From contig CM120648.1 of assembly GCA_051362555.1 (NCBI GenBank), positions 12,272,587-12,336,586 of the forward strand: 64,000 nt of DNA. Reading direction: 5' to 3'. The notes below the pieces were generated by a model that did not search any database, was not told the origin of the DNA, and saw only the letters and a program-made list of their open reading frames with translations. A program made the position numbers and the translations under genes. The first letter of the stretch is position 1. Every line of letters starts with the position of its first letter. This DNA comes from Lingula anatina (Eukaryota > Animalia > Brachiopoda). Below are positions 60,901 through 64,000 of the stretch, piece after piece.

Positions 60901-62489
60901 AAGTCAAATATATATTTGCTGATCTTTACCATTTGTCTTTGTGCTACAATCGGCAACCTAACCATCCTAAACTTTGAGTCTGCTCAAATAATAATGACTT
61001 GCACAATTTCTTTTTATCACTGCAGATGAGATATCAAAATCATCCCTCTTGTTATTGGTTCTCTTCGTTTTGTGCTATTTTACTTCAACCAAATGTAGTA
61101 ATTTTAGCCAACAATACCGCACCAGTACAAAAAGTTGGTTGTTTTAATGAATTATCTTTCCCAAAAATCCTCTGGAAGAAAAAAAATATTCTGAGTGAGA
61201 ATAATGCTAAAAAATGCACACCTGCAAGGGCTGTTTTAAAATATTCAAAATGAATATTCAATATCCTTGTCGACTCTGATGTCTACGCATGAAAAACAAG
61301 ATTGCACTCTATTATGTCACTACGAATTAATTACGTCAGCGATGAGGCTGCTACGTGAGAAGAAGATAACATTCCCGAGTACACACAACATGACACTACT
61401 GATACAGATCACAACAGTGCAATTTACTGGAACACTATCATAATTATATACCGCGTAAAAACCCTTAAGGGGGTGGAAGTCCAGTATGTATGACCTGGAG
61501 AAACATACTGTTGTAACCAACTTAGCTCCATACCATTAATTATATAAACAAGAGATGGGTTGCCCGATGTTTTTATTGCCATTATGTTAGTATTCACATT
61601 GTTAATATGCTATGCAGGCTTGAAGAGGTCTCATCTGTTACCTGTGAAGTAGTTTTAATTTGTTTTTGGTACTTTATTAGTGGCAAGATCGAGGAATCAA
61701 ATAAGTAACTATCTCCACTTATCCATAATTTCATATCACACAATTTGCAAATTACTAAATACTGCGGCCAGATAATGAATTGGATTCAACCCAGTGGGAA
61801 TGAAAGGAAAGTGAGTCTCCACAAACATATGAGCATGTTTTACAACTACCATCATCTTAGAGTCACCAGTGCTGTAGAACATAAGCCAAAATTTAAAAAG
61901 TCAGTATGCATGCCTTTTTATCTTTTTTTTTGCATTTGTATACTCACATGTGGACACACCCACCTATCAAAGACATCAAAAATTGCCCAATTTTTAACTC
62001 AATAAGATGCAAATCTGGATTTAAATACCAATCACAACAAATACTACAAGTGGTTATGAGTCACCTACGTGTGATAACACTGAAGTGTTCAGAAAATCAT
62101 AACATTCTCAGATTCAAGCTGACGCCCTTTTTACTGCATCGAAGGAAGGATTTGTATAGATCTCGACAAAACATGAAATTTACGATTACTGGATTTAAAG
62201 CAATCTTTGCTTAACAGACGTCCTTATTTCCCATCTTTTTTCATAAATACTTTCTGTTTTCTGTCACTTGTCATGGCATTAATATCACGTCATCCTAAAC
62301 AACCGGCGATCGCCATGTGGGTCAACCGCTCGACCGGCATTTTTTAAGCAATGAAAGTACACGTCCAATAACACAAAACAAACATCAGAATTATCTAAAA
62401 GGATACGACTGTTGTCCTCTTTGCTGCTGTTGACCCGGTGCTTGCTCTTGCGGTGTATAAGAGGGATGTCTTCGGGGATGTATGTTCAT
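10719..62489 (-). CDS. EIF4G: Eukaryotic translation initiation factor 4 gamma (eIF4G1/eIF4G3-type), about 1773 aa, 29 coding exons
   Basis: Exons in transcript order: 62407-62489, 54054-54097, 44805-44926, 43681-43860, 39497-39688, 38828-39017, 38186-38433 (PABP-binding [20 protein letters not shown]), 37071-37701, 25468-25568, 24144-24717, 23441-23574 (eIF4E-binding YDREFLL), 22533-22643, 21769-21948, 21219-21356 (MIF4G start [13 protein letters not shown]), 20980-21039, 20315-20473, 19943-20022, 19440-19596, 18868-18972, 18007-18178, 17333-17427, 16316-16638, 15879-16089, 15409-15581, 14949-15153 (MA3, [15 protein letters not shown]), 13085-13324, 11721-11802, 11262-11408, 10719-10903 (W2, [18 protein letters not shown]). 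Sum is 5322 nt with all phases matching. The first two exons are less certain than the rest. Confidence 0.93.
12043..13006. mobile_element. Non-autonomous TIR DNA transposon, about 110-bp TIRs starting CAGGCC, 5-bp TSD ACAAA (hAT5-like, inferred)
   Basis: CAGGCCTTCCCAACTACCAGACTCGGCACCTACGGGTCCAG at the left end, its reverse complement at the right end, and ACAAA on both flanks. Confidence 0.85.
20015..20130. repeat. Perfect 58-bp tandem duplication spanning an eIF4G 3' splice site
   Basis: Units 20015-20072 and 20073-20130 are identical. Confidence 0.9.
20657..20731 (-). ncRNA. Box C/D snoRNA, snR38/SNORD1-like 28S guide plus second 18S guide (copy 1)
   Basis: Minus strand: AAGCTG-ATGATGA(C)-GAAAAAGTTATCCCTGT-CAGA(D')-ACAACAG-GTGTTGA(C')-AACGTGAATTCCTCGTTT-ATGA(D)-AGCTT. 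Terminal stem present; intronic and in host sense. Confidence 0.88.
21493..21567 (-). ncRNA. Box C/D snoRNA, snR38/SNORD1-like dual guide (copy 2)
   Basis: One substitution relative to copy 1, outside the guides; lies in a separate intron with unrelated flanks. Confidence 0.88.
22322..22396 (-). ncRNA. Box C/D snoRNA, snR38/SNORD1-like dual guide (copy 3)
   Basis: Identical to copy 1; lies in a separate intron. Confidence 0.88.
23254..23432. mobile_element. Fold-back MITE family A (GGATCAAATATGGC...GCCATATTTGATCC core, GCATTCAGAAC-type ends)
   Basis: Imperfect inverted repeat. Related copies at about 44243-44446, 46365-46558, 47093-47260, 56016-56515 (interrupted) and 60085-60345. Confidence 0.65.
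26201..26600. repeat. 92-bp tandem repeat x4
   Basis: Units start at 26201, 26294, 26386 and 26478 (CTGATGTATCCCAAGACCCAGTTAACC...) and are near identical. Confidence 0.92.
31676..34651 (+). mobile_element. Helentron-associated non-autonomous element (HINE/DINE-like) with internal 146-bp satellite
   Basis: 5' ACAAG start, 11 copies of a 146-bp unit, a (CGGAGCCGG)n microsatellite, a 3' hairpin TGTACCGCCAGCG-CTAA-CGCTGGTGGTACA (34617-34646) and an A-rich end. No TSD seen. Confidence 0.75.
31771..33630. repeat. 146-bp satellite x11, each with AGGTCAAAGGTCA
   Basis: Motif starts at 31771, 31916, 32062, 32506, 32652, 32798, 32944, 33090, 33236, 33382 and 33528. The interrupting block at about 32165-32455 is repeated at about 33631-33921. 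Confidence 0.95.
35922..36236. mobile_element. PIF/Harbinger (Tourist-like) fold-back MITE, TSD TAA
   Basis: GGCTTCGTTCACATGCAATG...CATTGCATGTGAACGAAGCC, nearly fully palindromic, with TAA on both sides and an internal duplication of about 57 bp. Confidence 0.85.
37796..37874 (-). ncRNA. SNORD59: Box C/D snoRNA, SNORD59/snR54-like (18S guide ACTTTCGTTCTT), copy 1
   Basis: Minus strand: CAGTCA-A-ATGATGA(C)...GACTTTCGTTCTT-CTGA(D')...CTGA(D)-T-TGACTG. The guide is complementary to conserved 18S AAGAACGAAAGT; the RNA lies about 94 nt upstream of the acceptor. Confidence 0.88.
39871..39951. repeat. (TA)n microsatellite; others at 939-983 and 48791-48870, (ATT)n at 11173-11233, poly-A at 27720-27771, (GA)n at 44733-44786 and 54894-54933
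   Basis: Directly visible in the sequence. Confidence 0.95.
41990..42064 (-). ncRNA. Diverged copy 4 of the snR38/SNORD1-like snoRNA, possibly pseudogenising
   Basis: Box C is ATGATTA and the 18S guide has a G>T mismatch; the 28S guide and terminal stem are intact. Confidence 0.7.
42940..42960 (-). other. Candidate 21-nt eIF4G microexon (CCA GCA TAC TGA TCT TTT CAG)
   Basis: CTAAC branch-like motif, then (AC)n-AG acceptor and a weak GTGTTT donor, inside a phase-0 intron. Confidence 0.35.
43385..43750. repeat. About 95-bp tandem repeat (3 good copies plus 1 degenerate) duplicating the 3' end and donor of eIF4G exon 43681-43860
   Basis: ATCTCACCTGTCGTATACTCTGTTGGT...GCCGCCATACTC is repeated, with donors at 43680, about 43585 and 43490. 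Confidence 0.9.
44502..44677. mobile_element. Small TIR element with internal GGTCCGAAGGTTCATT sub-repeats, 6-bp TSD TCTTGA
   Basis: CGGGG...CCCCG ends, inverted arrays of the sub-repeat, and TCTTGA at 44496-44501 and 44678-44683. Confidence 0.75.
45108..45186 (-). ncRNA. SNORD59: Box C/D snoRNA, SNORD59/snR54-like, copy 2
   Basis: Near-identical to 37796-37874 with the same boxes, guide and stem; flanks are unrelated. Confidence 0.88.
46365..46558. mobile_element. Fold-back MITE family A copy
   Basis: AACAGATCCACGGATCAAATATGGCC ... GGCCATATTTGATCCACGGATCTGTT inverted repeat. Confidence 0.7.
48508..48745 (+). mobile_element. Short HINE/Helitron-type non-autonomous element
   Basis: AACTAGAAAAGCAC start, sub-terminal inverted repeat CTCTGCCAAGG / CCTTGGCAGAG, and a GACAGACAAAC microsatellite near the 3' end. 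Confidence 0.6.
49080..50300. repeat. Degenerate about 350-bp tandem/dispersed repeat
   Basis: Recurrent TTTGATGCAA(C/T)ATTACATAATG and GTCTTCA(G/A)GCCC...AAGTCACA blocks at about 49090, 49480, 49810-49945 and 50150-50280. Confidence 0.55.
50301..51428 (+). mobile_element. HINE/Helentron-associated element with about 161-bp tandem repeats
   Basis: AACAAG start, GCTGATTTTC units at 50739, 50901, 51062 and 51223, a (GAC/GGC)n microsatellite, and a 3' hairpin TATGTACAGACACA-TC-TGTGTCTGTACATA followed by an A-run. Confidence 0.75.
51658..51931. mobile_element. Long fold-back MITE related to family A
   Basis: About 120-bp arms ACAACGAGTTG...GTCGTCCC / GGGACGAC...CAACTCGTTGT. Confidence 0.8.
52673..52751 (-). 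promoter_or_regulatory. Consensus RFX X-box (GTTGCCATGGAAAC) with CCAAT box; candidate internal eIF4G promoter
   Basis: X-box at 52738-52751, CTGATTGG at 52673-52680, and a strong donor CAT|GTAAGT at 52580/52579 downstream on the - strand. Confidence 0.45.
54597..54830. repeat. Diverged about 120-bp tandem duplication
   Basis: AAAAGACTTATTAACTGGCACA...TTCTATATAAAA occurs twice. Confidence 0.75.
56090..56407. mobile_element. Short member of the CAGGCC TIR family, 5-bp TSD TAATG, nested in a family A MITE
   Basis: TIRs are homologous to 12043-13006, TAATG is on both flanks, and the flanks rejoin into a family A fold-back. Confidence 0.85.
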
Positions 62490-63060
62490 TTCAACGTGAA
62501 AAGGGAAGAAATGAAGTCCTTAGTGAAGGACCAAGTTCGGTAGCTTGTTGCCAAGCTATATCTCCTACAATTAATAAAATAAAGGTCTCGTTAGACATAT
62601 CAATGGTTATACTTTGTAACTCACCTGGAATAAGATGTCTACAATGTTCATGATGACTTAGATGAAGCCAGATTTTTCACATAATATTCAACATGGCGTA
62701 CCTAACAGGAGTCTGCAAGGAGACGATTCGGACGTTTCCGTTACACTCTCGGATATTTCCGGCATCTCAGGAGCGAAGGTCAAGGTCAGAATAATAAACG
62801 GAGAGAGAGAGAGAGAGCAGTGCTCAGGAGAAAAGAACCGCTGAAGGACTGCACTTTATGACAGTGAGTATCTGTCCATTTTCTTTTTTAAGAACGACTA
62901 TATAAATAATCTTCTATCAGAGTGTTACAATCCCATTGCTTTTAAAGATGGTTCTGGCGTTCCCCAAACTCCCAACTGTCTCGACTGTCGGTCACGGTTC
63001 GGTGTAAGAGGAATGAAGTCCGCTAGGAACCGTATTCCGCTTCCTATTACTTTGTAAAGG
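62490..63060 (-). promoter_or_regulatory. eIF4G 5' UTR exon(s) and probable promoter-proximal CpG-rich region
   Basis: Acceptor TTGTAG| at 62565/62564, a 60-nt intron 62565-62624 with donor CAG|GTGAGT, a (CT)n tract at about 62800-62817, and visibly more CpG than in the gene body. Confidence 0.55.
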
Positions 63061-63550
63061 TGGCATTTGTCCCATATTCTTACACCAATTGTCCAACTAA
63101 CCCTAACGTGTACTAATCATATTGGTGTCCAAACTTCCATTCCTAGGACTTCCTTTCCTGTTACAGCTGGATGTTAGCCAGCAGTCTTCACAGAGGGTTC
63201 TTTATGAGGAAAATACTTTTTTCCATCGTAGTATGTGTTAAATTATTGACTCAGAACATTGTTTTCCCAGAAGAAAGGCAGGTTGAGATCAGATGATTAA
63301 AATTGCTGCTTGATGGAACTACTGGCATGATCGTACAAAAATTTGCCCCCAAGAATTCTAAAAGAAATTATCTTCACCTTTTATTTCACACCTGTTGTAG
63401 TGTCAATACCAACAAATACTTAGTTTAGTAAAGTGTGCTGCCTTCTTCTTCTCTCTCTCTCTCTTGTTTGAATACATGTGGCACGAAAATTCATGAGTTA
63501 GCACTCCTATTGACAGTTCTGAGATATGGTATACTGGCTGCCCTAATGCA

Positions 63551-63714
63551 TAATTACTGGCAGCGCAAGCCAGTTACTTATAGTAACTTATAGTAACTGG
63601 CTTGCGCTGCCAGTAATTACGCCGCGGGATATTCAGGGCACAGACCGTGATCATAAGACATACCGTGAATAGAATTTAGAATTTAGAAAATAGACATTGC
63701 ATGTGAACGAAGCC
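63551..63714. mobile_element. Truncated copy of the Harbinger-like MITE at 35922-36236
   Basis: Central palindrome plus right arm ending CATGTGAACGAAGCC; the left arm is missing. Confidence 0.8.
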
Positions 63715-64000
63715 TTATAGTCATTAAAGACCAGATCAGTTACTATATATATATATATATACTGGAGAGATTTGAGAAGTTTGAGGTTGCATCTTTCACC
63801 CGACAGATAGGAGAGCTGGTCTTTTTATGCTTAGATCATAACTTAAGAAACAAAAATTATAAATATTGTTCAGGGATTACTCTCAGGTTTCATTGAAATC
63901 TGTGAAGATTTAGGTGGTGAAAATATCAAATTAATTTATTTAGTAAATTTTTGATTTACTTATTTAGGTACATGTAAGTGTTTTGATACCCTGAGTGTCA

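Larger units (their letters stand above)
54098..62406 (-). other. U12-type (minor spliceosome) GT-AG intron of eIF4G, 8309 nt
   Basis: Donor TC|GTATCCTTT; branch site TCCTTGAC (54110-54117) 12 nt before TTCAG|; no polypyrimidine tract. The join restores the frame (..RGQQS|NYPGQAG..). Confidence 0.85.

Overview
AT-rich, intron-rich animal genomic DNA, probably an invertebrate such as a mollusc (inferred from the repeat types, not proven). It holds four spliced protein-coding genes: GABARAP (-, 3 exons), NAA38/LSMD1 (-, 4 exons; absent from the ORF track), CYB5D1 (+, 4 exons, head-to-head with NAA38) and a ~52-kb eIF4G gene (-). I reconstruct eIF4G as 29 coding exons, 5322 nt, 1773 aa, with every exon phase consistent. 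The eIF4G locus carries an unusually layered RNA-processing architecture: (1) an 8.3-kb U12-type first coding intron with an in-frame Kozak ATG between the U12 branch point and the acceptor; (2) six intronic C/D snoRNAs, namely four copies of an apparently dual-guide snR38/SNORD1 + snR57-like snoRNA with non-canonical boxes and two SNORD59/snR54 homologs; (3) a candidate 21-nt stop-containing microexon at the position of the vertebrate neural eIF4G microexon; (4) candidate poison exons, an X-box internal promoter and three tandem duplications straddling splice sites. The introns also contain Helentron-like (HINE) elements with satellite arrays and several MITE families with readable TSDs. All calls come from reading the sequence by eye; comparisons to human and yeast sequences are recalled and need verification by alignment.
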